Under the pieces are notes generated by a model that was not told the DNA's origin, searched no databases, and saw nothing but the letters and a program-made list of their open reading frames with translations. DNA of 64,000 bases from an uncultured Bacteroidales bacterium. GTDB lineage: Bacteria; Bacteroidota; Bacteroidia; Bacteroidales; VadinHA17. The position numbers and the translations under genes are program-made. Each line of letters opens with the position of its first letter. The first letter of the stretch is position 1. Of the stretch, positions 50,572 to 59,608 are shown in pieces. The stretch lies in NCBI GenBank assembly GCA_963789465.1, contig CAWBLL010000019.1, positions 923,060 through 987,059 of the forward strand, in the 5' to 3' direction.

Positions 50572-51480
50572 TCAATAAATTATTCTGTTCAATTCCTCTA
50601 CATTGATTTCAATCTTTCTCCTTTCCTCCGATCTGAATTTCCTGAGAGGCAATGCTACATGGTCATTGCAGATTCCCATTACAGACAGGGCACATTTTAT
50701 GCCTTTTATGGTTCGTGATTTATGTTTGCCAACGCTGAATATTTTATTGTCGATCATCATGACTTTCTCACGGAGAAATGCGATTTTTCCAATGTTTTTT
50801 TCCAATGCTGCATTGTATAAATCGACAAACAGATGAGGATACAGATTTGCGCCTCCTGCCACTGAACCATGTCCTCCCTGAAGAATTGTTTCCGGCAGAA
50901 ACAATTCAGTGCCTGCTATAATTGCAAACTCAGGTGAATCCTTAAATTCCCGGATCAATGCCAGCATATATGCCATGTCGCCCGAACTGTCTTTTATTCC
51001 TACTGCCCCAAGCTCCTTGGCTCTTTTTATAGTTTCAAGCGACATATGCATTTTAGTGCAGCTCGGTATATCGTACATCAAAAATGGTAAGGGAAGTCTG
51101 GGCGCAATATTTTCAAGGTATTCCCTCATCTCTTCCTGCGATATAGGCAGATAATAGGGGGGAGCGAGCACAACTCCATCCATTCCGGCATTCTTTGCAT
51201 ATTCAGCTATTTCCAGTGACCCATGAAGTGAAGTATCGGTGATTCCCACAACAATGGGTATCCTGTGATTGACCATTTCACCCGTCCTTCTGATTAGCTC
51301 CTTCCTGAGATGATAATTAAGACTTGTAGTTTCTCCGGTTGTACCAAGAATAAATAACCCATGAACTCCACCGTCTAAAATATGTTCAATCAGTCTTTCC
51401 AGTCCTGCGACATCAAGAGTATTATCGTCCAGAAGTGGTGTAACTAAAGGTGGAATTATCCCATTTAACGGTAATTTCAT
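50572..51480 (-). CDS. DHDPS/N-acetylneuraminate-lyase family class I aldolase (probable sialic/nonulosonic-acid lyase by context)
   Basis: 302 aa with GTTGE (LGTTGETTSL), PPYY and Schiff-base lysine context GIKDSSGD. It is adjacent to the sialidase-like gene. Confidence 0.7.
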   Translation of the reverse strand: MKLPLNGIIPPLVTPLLDDNTLDVAGLERLIEHILDGGVHGLFILGTTGETTSLNYHLRKELIRRTGEMVNHRIPIVVGITDTSLHGSLEIAEYAKNAGMDGVVLAPPYYLPISQEEMREYLENIAPRLPLPFLMYDIPSCTKMHMSLETIKRAKELGAVGIKDSSGDMAYMLALIREFKDSPEFAIIAGTELFLPETILQGGHGSVAGGANLYPHLFVDLYNAALEKNIGKIAFLREKVMMIDNKIFSVGKHKSRTIKGIKCALSVMGICNDHVALPLRKFRSEERRKIEINVEELNRIIY

Positions 51481-51572
51481 AGGAATTCAGATTAAAGCAT
51501 TTAATTTAAGCTGTACCTGCCTGTAAGTCCTTCCGGTAAACCGTCTTATTAGTACTTGATTATTGTAATACA

Positions 51573-51601
51573 AAGTAACCAGATTATGACTTTGGTTACT
51601 T
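51573..51601. promoter_or_regulatory. Perfect 9-bp inverted repeat AAGTAACCA-N11-TGGTTACTT in the divergent lyase/araC promoter region
   Basis: 51573-51581 is the exact reverse complement of 51593-51601. It lies between the divergently transcribed genes starting at 51480 (-) and 51689 (+). Confidence 0.45.
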
Positions 51602-51656
51602 ATATTATCTTGTTATGTTTACATTGATTTTTAACCTTCAGAATTAAAAAAACTCT

Positions 51657-51664
51657 TATTTTTG
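51657..51664 (+). promoter_or_regulatory. Candidate -7 promoter box TATTTTTG for the AraC-family gene
   Basis: Exact TAnnTTTG match 25 nt upstream of the ATG at 51689. Confidence 0.35.
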
Positions 51665-51688
51665 TATTAATAGGTTAAAAAGCTTGCA

Positions 51689-52540
51689 ATGGAGATCATT
51701 TATGAAAAGATATTTGTTTCCCATGAACATTCATTTATAACCAGGAAAATGTGGATGGATCCCAATTCTCATAAAATCCATTCCCATAAGAACTTTGAAC
51801 TGAATTATATCCTGGCAGGATCGGGGAAAAGAATCGTTGGAAACAGTATATCCAGTTATACCGCAGGTGATCTTGTGTTGTTGGGTCCAAATATCCCTCA
51901 TTGCTGGAATGTCCTTGAGGCTTCCGAGATTTCCCCCCCGGAATGTATAGTCACCCATTTCTATGAAAATATAATCACCTCTGACTTTTTTAATATTCCT
52001 GAACTTGATGAGGTGGTGAGTATGCTTAAAAGTGCAGTAAACGGCATCTGTTTCAGAGGGAAAATGACTGATAAAGTAGGGCAGTCCCTTAAGAAAATGG
52101 TTACTCTGGAAGGCTTGCCTGGATATATAGAACTACTGAGGGTGTTCAGCCTGCTGCTTCAGATAGAGGATAGGGAGGAGCTTACGCTTCCATCCTCACT
52201 GCCCGACCATTATGATAAACATCATGATCAGATAAATAAGATATACGAATATGTTTTTAAAAATATACAGTCGGGTATCAGGCTGAGAGAAGCCGCTGAT
52301 CTGGTATATATGGAGCCAGGCTCTTTTTGCAGGTATTTCAAGAGGAAAACCAACCAGACATTCATGAATTATGTCAAAAATGTTCGTATCGGCCTGGCGG
52401 CTAAAATGCTGGCTCATACTGACAAGCAGATAACCAGGATAAGCTATGAGTGCGGATACAGTAACCTGGCTAATTTCAACCATTATTTTAAATGTGTTAT
52501 GAAGAAAACCCCTTCCGAATACCGGAAGGATTTTCAATAA
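51689..52540 (+). CDS. AraC family transcriptional regulator (cupin sensor plus HTH)
   Basis: 283 aa with an N-terminal cupin-like region (HSHKNFELNYILAGSG...GDLVLLGPNIPHCW). The C-terminal AraC HTH is ISYECGYSNLANFNHYFKCVMKKTPSEYRK. Confidence 0.9.
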   Translation: MEIIYEKIFVSHEHSFITRKMWMDPNSHKIHSHKNFELNYILAGSGKRIVGNSISSYTAGDLVLLGPNIPHCWNVLEASEISPPECIVTHFYENIITSDFFNIPELDEVVSMLKSAVNGICFRGKMTDKVGQSLKKMVTLEGLPGYIELLRVFSLLLQIEDREELTLPSSLPDHYDKHHDQINKIYEYVFKNIQSGIRLREAADLVYMEPGSFCRYFKRKTNQTFMNYVKNVRIGLAAKMLAHTDKQITRISYECGYSNLANFNHYFKCVMKKTPSEYRKDFQ

Positions 52541-52586
52541 TTGAACAGATGCCTGGTTTCATAAATACCTAGGGGAAATTCAGATT

Positions 52587-54875
52587 ATGCAGAAAAAAAT
52601 ATCATGCTGTTTCAGAGGCCTTGTTAAAATAGTTTTCTTTATTGCTTTTACGGCCATTCTGTCCTGTAATAGCCAGAAGATCAATCAGGTAAATATCCCT
52701 GACGATTTTGTTTATTTTGACCATCCCTTTATTCAGGAGTATCATGAACCCTATATTGTTGGAAATGAGACGGCTGATAATGATGTCAGAGGAATCGCAG
52801 TCGACAGGCAGTCAACTGTTTGGATTGCGACCGCTTCCGGCGTTTTCAGGAAGGAACCTGGGAGGCAGCAATGGGAAGAGGTTATTAACGGTGATGACAG
52901 GGGACCTGCCTATTCGATTAAAGCAAATGGCAGTGGCGACATTTTGATCGGAACATGGAATGGTCTTTACCGGTTTAGCAATGGGATGCTTGAGAAAGAA
53001 GAAGGACCCCAGCCCCCTGTTTCTCAGATCTGTTGCGACATGAATGGCGATTACGCACTAGGCCCATTTGGAATATGGCGTCATTCGGGTAGTAAATGGG
53101 AGCTGCAAAATTACAAAATTGCCCGTTCCGTCCGTGATGCTTTAAGTGATAATCATGACAATCTGTGGGTGGCAACAGATGCAGGACTGTATCTGTGCGG
53201 GCATGGGAAATCCACTCTTTTCCAGAATGTGACGGAATTAATTAGCTGTTACGGCAGGGCACTTGCCTATGACCCTGATGGCAACATCTGGACAGGTGTT
53301 CTCGGTGGTATATCTGTAAGGGACAGCATCAGTCTGCTCAGGAATCTGACGCCTGAAAACGGGATTCCTTCCGTATTTGTGAATTGTGTGACGAAATCTC
53401 CGGATAATATTATGTGGGTTGGAACGGATGTCGGCATTGTCCGTTATACTCCCGACGGATCACATTCCCTGAGGTTCAGCAAAAGATGGCTGACGGATAA
53501 TAAAGTAACTGATATAGCCTTTGACAATGAGGGAAATGCATGGATTGCCACAGCCGGTGGAGTAAGTGCTATAAAACGTAGGACAATGACTCTGGCGGAA
53601 AAAGAAAGCTATTTCTACAGGGAACTGATGAGAAAGCATATACGAGAACCCTGGATATGCGGGGTTCTTACCCTGGGGGTGCCGGGTGATACTTCCACAT
53701 GGAGCCATACTGATGATGACAACGATGGGGAATATACCGGCGGTTATCTTGCAATGGAGAGTTTCAGATTTGCCGCTACAGGTGATCCTGATGCACGCAT
53801 TAAGGCCAGCAAAGCTTTCGCTTTTCTCAGATTTTTACAGGAAGTGACAGGTACCGAAGGTTTTTTTGCCCGCACAATTGTACCTTCTGACTGGAAAAGG
53901 ATGAATGATCCAAACCGGACATATAATAAGCGGCAACTGGCAGAAGAACTGGTAAAAGATCCCAGATATAAGCCTGTTGAGGAAAGATGGCGAAGATCAA
54001 AGGACGGCAGGTGGCTCTGGAAGGGAGATACCAGCAGCGACGAGATGGACGGGCATATGATGAGCTATTTCTTCTACTATGAGCTTGCTGCAGATGAGGA
54101 GGAAAAAATACTCATCAGGAATCATGTGGGTAAAATAATGGATCAGCTGATCAGAACCGGATATAATCTTGTCGATATTGATGGCACTCACACCCGATGG
54201 TCAGTCTGGTCGCCCGACAAGCTGAACAATGATCCGGACTGGGCATCGGAGAAAAGCCTTAATTCCCTGGAACTCCTGGCGTACTTAAAATTTGCCGGAC
54301 ACATTACTGGCGATGGCAAGTACGAGAAGGAGTATATTCGCTTGATAGAGAAGGATGGGTATCTTGAAAATGCAGCCCAACTGAATTCAAAAAATCCTGC
54401 ATGGCAGATCTATTTTGACCGTACAATGGAAGGATATATCTTCCCGATCCTTTTAAAATATGAAGAGAATCCGGAGTTAAGGGAATTCTACACAAGACTG
54501 GCTGAAGATTGGATGGAAAGCCAGGAGTCAGGCGAGAACCTCATCAATAATTTTACCTATGCATATGCGACAGGCAAAAGAGTGAATATTCGGCAATCAA
54601 TTGATTTTTTGAAAGATACACCTCTTGATCTTGTTGACTGGCCTATAGATCAAACTCTTCGCGAAGACATTCATATTGTCAGAAAACCTATTCTTGAGGA
54701 AGTTCAGATATCTGAACTTCCGGCTGCAAGTGAAAGATCCACGGTAAGGTGGGACAAGAACCCATGGGCAGCAATCCAGGGAAATGCACGGCAGGTGAGG
54801 GAGCCTGTTTTCTGGCTCTGGCCATACTGGATGGCCAGATACCTCGAAATTATACGCTCACCGGAACATGAATAG
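52587..54875 (+). CDS. Lipoprotein: two-component-regulator-propeller-like repeats plus uncharacterised C-terminal domain (paralog B)
   Basis: 762 aa with the lipobox ILSC. Propeller repeats include VWIATASGVF, LWVATDAGLY, MWVGTDVGIV and AWIATAGGVS. The C-terminal blocks match paralog A (DDDNDGEYTGGYLAMESFRF, WKGDTSSDEMDGH, TPLDLVDW, WLWPYWMARYLEII). Confidence 0.8.
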   Translation: MQKKISCCFRGLVKIVFFIAFTAILSCNSQKINQVNIPDDFVYFDHPFIQEYHEPYIVGNETADNDVRGIAVDRQSTVWIATASGVFRKEPGRQQWEEVINGDDRGPAYSIKANGSGDILIGTWNGLYRFSNGMLEKEEGPQPPVSQICCDMNGDYALGPFGIWRHSGSKWELQNYKIARSVRDALSDNHDNLWVATDAGLYLCGHGKSTLFQNVTELISCYGRALAYDPDGNIWTGVLGGISVRDSISLLRNLTPENGIPSVFVNCVTKSPDNIMWVGTDVGIVRYTPDGSHSLRFSKRWLTDNKVTDIAFDNEGNAWIATAGGVSAIKRRTMTLAEKESYFYRELMRKHIREPWICGVLTLGVPGDTSTWSHTDDDNDGEYTGGYLAMESFRFAATGDPDARIKASKAFAFLRFLQEVTGTEGFFARTIVPSDWKRMNDPNRTYNKRQLAEELVKDPRYKPVEERWRRSKDGRWLWKGDTSSDEMDGHMMSYFFYYELAADEEEKILIRNHVGKIMDQLIRTGYNLVDIDGTHTRWSVWSPDKLNNDPDWASEKSLNSLELLAYLKFAGHITGDGKYEKEYIRLIEKDGYLENAAQLNSKNPAWQIYFDRTMEGYIFPILLKYEENPELREFYTRLAEDWMESQESGENLINNFTYAYATGKRVNIRQSIDFLKDTPLDLVDWPIDQTLREDIHIVRKPILEEVQISELPAASERSTVRWDKNPWAAIQGNARQVREPVFWLWPYWMARYLEIIRSPEHE

Positions 54876-54954
54876 GATCTGTATTTCCTTTTCCATTTGA
54901 TAAGAGTCTGAGAACACAGAATTAATTCTAAATTTGAATACTATTCCAAACAGT

Positions 54955-57666
54955 ATGATTCACCTAAAACACATTATAATGATTTTGTCAGCCCTGGTGG
55001 CAATTCATCAGGCTGATGCACAGAAATATGTTGATGTGCTGACAGTTCCAGCAGGGGATAAGGTTACCGGGATTAACCCCGGAGGTACAACAATATTGCC
55101 GAGCGGCAGATTTCTGACACCAGCAGGATATTTGTTGAGAATTACAAACGATCCCTTTGGCATGGCTGTTTCTCCTGATGGAAAAAAGGCTGTAACTCTC
55201 CATAACGGGGTTTTTACAATTATTGACCTCTTATCACTTGATGCGATCAGAATTCCAAGCTACGATGGAACCATCAAATCTCCCCTGTCAGACGGATCAT
55301 ACCTTGGGGTTGCATTCTCGGGCGATTCAAAGACTTTATATCTGAGCGGTGGTGATAATGGTGCAGTTATTATTTATGATATAAATACTTTCACACGGCT
55401 TGACTCCATTTCACTTAATGGTAAAGTAGGGAATGTAGAATATGATGACAGCTTTACTTCAGACCTTTTATACAATGAACCTGCGAATGAATTAATTGTA
55501 CTTGACAGGGCAAATTTCAGGATGGTTCGCATCGATCTTGGTACAAAAAAAATTACTGCATCTGTCAAAGTAGGAAGGCAGCCATTCGGACTATCAATGA
55601 GTCCTGACAGGAAAACAGCCTTCGTAGCAAATGTGGGAGTGTACGAGTATCCGCTGATAACGGGTGCAACTCCTTCAAATTATGATTCCCTGATGATTTC
55701 CCGTCATCCATATGGGGATAATACTCCCGAATCAATAAACGGGACAGTAGTGGAAGGTCGTGAAATACCAGGAGTAGGAAGCCCGCTTCATCCGGATGCC
55801 ATGAGCGTCTTTACCATCGATCTGAATACCAACAGGGTTATGGATAAATTTAAGCCGGGGTTTCAGATCGGGACAATGATTGAAGGGGCTGAAGTAGTGG
55901 GTGGAGCCAGTCCAAATTCACTTGCAGTTGGTACCAGGTATGCTTATGTTTCAAATGCCACAGACGATAATATTTCAGTGATCGACTATAAAAATCATAA
56001 GATCATGGGAAATATCCAGATCCGGGTTGATAAGCGGATTGACAAATATCGGGGTTTATTACCCTTCGGGCTGGCTTTATCGGCTGATGAAAAGACATTA
56101 TATGCGGCACTTCTGGGATTTAATGCCGTTGCAGTAATTGATGTTGAATCGGGTAGGACAAAAGGACTGATCCCTTCATGCTGGGGGCCCTCAAGAGTTA
56201 AATTGTCAGCTGATGGAAAGGAACTTTACGTCATTACAATCCGGGGACTGGGAGCTGGTCCCAACGGCGGCCAGGGGTTTGTTTCTCCGGTGCAGGGATA
56301 TTATGTCGGAGACATTCAGTTAGGCAGTTTTCAACGTCTGAGAGTTCCTGATGATGTACAACTCGCAAAATATTCCAGGCAGGTTATTGATAATACATTC
56401 ACTTCGGTAAGCATTAAGGACCAGCTAAATAACCCGATGCCTGCTCTGCCGGGATTGCATAAATCACCGATAAAGCATATCGTTTATATTACCAAGGAGA
56501 ACAGAACCTACGATGAGATTTTCGGGCAGCTTAAAAATGCAAATGGGGATAGCACTCTAGCCCGGTATGGTGTAAACTGCGAATATACGCTTCCTGTATT
56601 ATTCAGGGACGAATTTCCGAATCTAAGGATCTCTCCCAATCACATAAAGGCTGCAAACCAGTTTGCCTTTTCAGATAACTATTATTGTGACAGCGATGCC
56701 TCCATTCACGGACATCACTGGATGATGGGTGTAATACCGAATGAGTGGGTGGAAGCAAATTCCAGTGTCACCAGGACAGCAGGAATATTCTCAAAGGCAC
56801 CCGGAAGAAGGGATCCCGGATCAACCGGAAGTATGGACCCTGAGGACTATGCTGAGACTGGTGGCCTCTGGGAAGCACTGGAAAGACAAAATGTATCCTT
56901 CTACAATTTCGGTGAGGCCAATGAAACTGCTCATACCAGGGAGGAGTGGTCTGATACCTGTACAGGAGCTGCACATGGAGTTATGGTTCCAATGCAGAAG
57001 GCCCTGTTTTCAAGGACCAGTCACGATTATGCAGGGTTTAACATGAATATCCCCGACCAGTATAGGATGGATCAGTTTGAGAAGGAGTTCACTGAAAAAT
57101 GGATTACCGGCAATGAGCCGATGCCAACACTTCTTGCCATTCAGATTCCCAATGATCATGGCGCTTCCATCAGACCTGAAGATGGTTACCTGTTCCCGCA
57201 GTCATTCATGGCTGACAATGACCTTGCCGTTGGCAGAATACTTCATTTCCTGTCCAGAACAAAGTACTGGAAAGATATGCTGGTGATAATTACGGAAGAT
57301 GACCCTCAGGGCGGAGTCGATCATGTTGATGCACATCGCTCGGTGCTCATGATGGCAGGCCCCTATGTGAAAAGAGGATACGTCTCGCATACACATGCCA
57401 ATTTCGGATCCGTTCTGAAAACGATTTACAACATACTTGATGTACCCTATGTTAATCAGTTCGATGTAACTGCATCTTTGCTGCAGGACTTTTTTACTCC
57501 AAAGCCTGACTTCTCCCCATATACCATGGAGATGCACGACTCAAGAATTTTTGATGCCGATAAGGCTATGAAGAGATACAACACGACAATTGACTGGAGA
57601 AAAATAGAACAGGGGCCGCCCCTTGATGATGAAAATGTTGAGAGGGCTGTTCATTACAAAAAATAA
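54955..57666 (+). CDS. Secreted fusion: YVTN/YncE-type beta-propeller plus phosphoesterase (phospholipase C / AcpA family) domain
   Basis: The N-terminal half has repeated 'DGK.aYV.n...n.isvID'-like blades. The C-terminal half has YITKENRTYDEIFG, DASIHGHHWMMG and IITEDDPQGGVDHVDAHRS, typical of the PF04185-type phosphoesterase family. The start is taken at ATG 54955 (MIHLKH...) because the track start 54934 is a TTG. Confidence 0.8.
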   Translation: MIHLKHIIMILSALVAIHQADAQKYVDVLTVPAGDKVTGINPGGTTILPSGRFLTPAGYLLRITNDPFGMAVSPDGKKAVTLHNGVFTIIDLLSLDAIRIPSYDGTIKSPLSDGSYLGVAFSGDSKTLYLSGGDNGAVIIYDINTFTRLDSISLNGKVGNVEYDDSFTSDLLYNEPANELIVLDRANFRMVRIDLGTKKITASVKVGRQPFGLSMSPDRKTAFVANVGVYEYPLITGATPSNYDSLMISRHPYGDNTPESINGTVVEGREIPGVGSPLHPDAMSVFTIDLNTNRVMDKFKPGFQIGTMIEGAEVVGGASPNSLAVGTRYAYVSNATDDNISVIDYKNHKIMGNIQIRVDKRIDKYRGLLPFGLALSADEKTLYAALLGFNAVAVIDVESGRTKGLIPSCWGPSRVKLSADGKELYVITIRGLGAGPNGGQGFVSPVQGYYVGDIQLGSFQRLRVPDDVQLAKYSRQVIDNTFTSVSIKDQLNNPMPALPGLHKSPIKHIVYITKENRTYDEIFGQLKNANGDSTLARYGVNCEYTLPVLFRDEFPNLRISPNHIKAANQFAFSDNYYCDSDASIHGHHWMMGVIPNEWVEANSSVTRTAGIFSKAPGRRDPGSTGSMDPEDYAETGGLWEALERQNVSFYNFGEANETAHTREEWSDTCTGAAHGVMVPMQKALFSRTSHDYAGFNMNIPDQYRMDQFEKEFTEKWITGNEPMPTLLAIQIPNDHGASIRPEDGYLFPQSFMADNDLAVGRILHFLSRTKYWKDMLVIITEDDPQGGVDHVDAHRSVLMMAGPYVKRGYVSHTHANFGSVLKTIYNILDVPYVNQFDVTASLLQDFFTPKPDFSPYTMEMHDSRIFDADKAMKRYNTTIDWRKIEQGPPLDDENVERAVHYKK

Positions 57667-57921
57667 TCATTTTACATTGATTTGTTATTAATCTCAATTG
57701 TTATCTGGTCTTTGAGAACTCTGCTGTTTCTTTACGCCCGGGCCAATTAACGACAAATGGATTTTGACTTTTGAGCCCCCTTGCTTCTATGATACAGTGT
57801 ATTGTTATTTCGCAGTTGCCCGCTAAGGATAATTTTGTATAAAGTTTTGGTTAAAAATGCTTACTTTCATTGTGGCATTTGTAGTTATATTGTACATTAA
57901 TTTATCTAATTCAACTGTTTT

Positions 57922-58911
57922 ATGACCTCAGCGGACAATTCATCCGGAGATATATATATCGGTTTGGACATTGGCGGAACAAAATGCAGTGTCGTAGTTG
58001 GCGACAATTCTTTTTCAATCAGGAGAAAGATTGTCTTCGAAACACGTACAGAACGAGGGTATGAAAAGATCCTTGAAGAATTTAAGCAGAATATGCGGTT
58101 GATTCTCAATGAATTCAGGGATTATAATCTGAAGAGAATCGGAATAAGTTGCGGTGGCCCACTTGACTCAAAAAAGGGAATGCTATACTCCCCACCCAAT
58201 CTGCCGGGATGGGATAATGTACCGGTTACCGCAATTTTCAGCGAAGAGTTTGGTGTTGAGACAGCTCTTCAGAACGATGCCAATGCTTGCGCACTGGCCG
58301 AATGGCTGATGGGAGCGGGACAAGGTACTTCCAACATGATCTTCCTGACTTTTGGTACGGGAATGGGTGGCGGACTTATACTGAACGGAAGGTTGTACAG
58401 TGGAACAAATGACCTTGGAGGTGAAGTAGGACACATCAGGCTTGCGAAGGATGGACCTGTCGGCTTTGGCAAGGCAGGTTCATTTGAAGGGTTTTGCAGT
58501 GGCGGTGGTATTGCACAGCTTGCGAAATCTATAGTCTCGGACCGTCTGGACAATAACCTGCCTGTAGGTTTCTGTCCCTCGGCTGACAAGATCGGGGAGA
58601 TTGATACTAAAATGGTGGCCCTGGCTGCAGTTGCCGGTGATCAGGTCGCACTGGAGATAATAGAAACGGCTTCCGCTTATCTTGGTCTTGGACTCTCGAT
58701 CCTTATCGATATCCTCAATCCGGAGTGCATCGTTATTGGCAGCATTTATGCCCGTAATGAGATGCTCTTTAAGCAACTTATAGAACCGGTACTTAAGAAG
58801 GAAGCAATACCGGCAGCACTTGAAGTCTGCAGAATTGTTCCTGCGGAACTGGGTGATTCAATCGGCGACTATGCAGCATTATGCGTTGCCATTTATGAGG
58901 ATAAATTTTAA
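57922..58911 (+). CDS. ROK family sugar kinase lacking the usual Zn-binding cysteine motif
   Basis: 329 aa with the ATP-binding start IGLDIGGTKCSV and GGEVGH. The CxCGxxGC position reads VGFGKAGSFE. Confidence 0.85.
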   Translation: MTSADNSSGDIYIGLDIGGTKCSVVVGDNSFSIRRKIVFETRTERGYEKILEEFKQNMRLILNEFRDYNLKRIGISCGGPLDSKKGMLYSPPNLPGWDNVPVTAIFSEEFGVETALQNDANACALAEWLMGAGQGTSNMIFLTFGTGMGGGLILNGRLYSGTNDLGGEVGHIRLAKDGPVGFGKAGSFEGFCSGGGIAQLAKSIVSDRLDNNLPVGFCPSADKIGEIDTKMVALAAVAGDQVALEIIETASAYLGLGLSILIDILNPECIVIGSIYARNEMLFKQLIEPVLKKEAIPAALEVCRIVPAELGDSIGDYAALCVAIYEDKF

Positions 58912-58921
58912 CCATCATTTT

Positions 58922-59572
58922 ATGGAAAACAAAAAGTTCATAACGGAATTGCTTGGCAGATATCCCCAGCTTGCTGGTCTCGCTGAGAAAATAGTCACCG
59001 TTGCTGACTCTCTGATACAGTGCTACCGGCATGGCAATAAAGTGCTGATCTGCGGTAATGGTGGAAGCAGCAGCGATTCAGACCATATAGCAGGCGAACT
59101 GTTGAAGGGATTCGAACAAAAGCGACCCCTTAAGGAAGCTCTCAGAAAACAGCTGTTCTCTGTTTCCCATGAGAGAGGACCGTACCTTGGTGAAAAACTC
59201 CAGGCAGGACTTCCGGCTATCTCCCTTTCAGCTCATGCAGGCCTTGTCACTGCAGTTGCCAATGACATCGATGCAGATCTGATCTATGCCCAGCAAGTTA
59301 TAGGATTCGGTAATGCAGGTGACGTACTTATTGGACTGACCACATCAGGAAACTCGCAAAATATACTCGATGCCGCTATTGCTGCGCGGGCATTGGGTAT
59401 GACCGTAATTGGAATGACCGGCGAAACGGGTGGAAAGCTTAAATCCTTCTGCGATATACTGATAAATGTTCCTGAAAAAAGGACCTCCTATGTTCAGGAA
59501 TTACATCTACCCATATATCACACGCTATGCCTGATGATCGAAAATCACTTCTTCGGTTCACAGATTGAATAG
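58922..59572 (+). CDS. gmhA: SIS-domain phosphoheptose isomerase (GmhA-like)
   Basis: The start is taken at ATG 58922 (MENKKF...), 10 nt after the ROK stop. The motifs GNKVLICGNGGSSSDSDHIAGEL, TTSGNSQNILDA and SYVQELHLPIYHTLC closely follow the GmhA pattern. Confidence 0.8.
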   Translation: MENKKFITELLGRYPQLAGLAEKIVTVADSLIQCYRHGNKVLICGNGGSSSDSDHIAGELLKGFEQKRPLKEALRKQLFSVSHERGPYLGEKLQAGLPAISLSAHAGLVTAVANDIDADLIYAQQVIGFGNAGDVLIGLTTSGNSQNILDAAIAARALGMTVIGMTGETGGKLKSFCDILINVPEKRTSYVQELHLPIYHTLCLMIENHFFGSQIE

Positions 59573-59608
59573 TTTTTGGTTTTCAAGGGTTCGTTAAAAT
59601 GATCAGCA

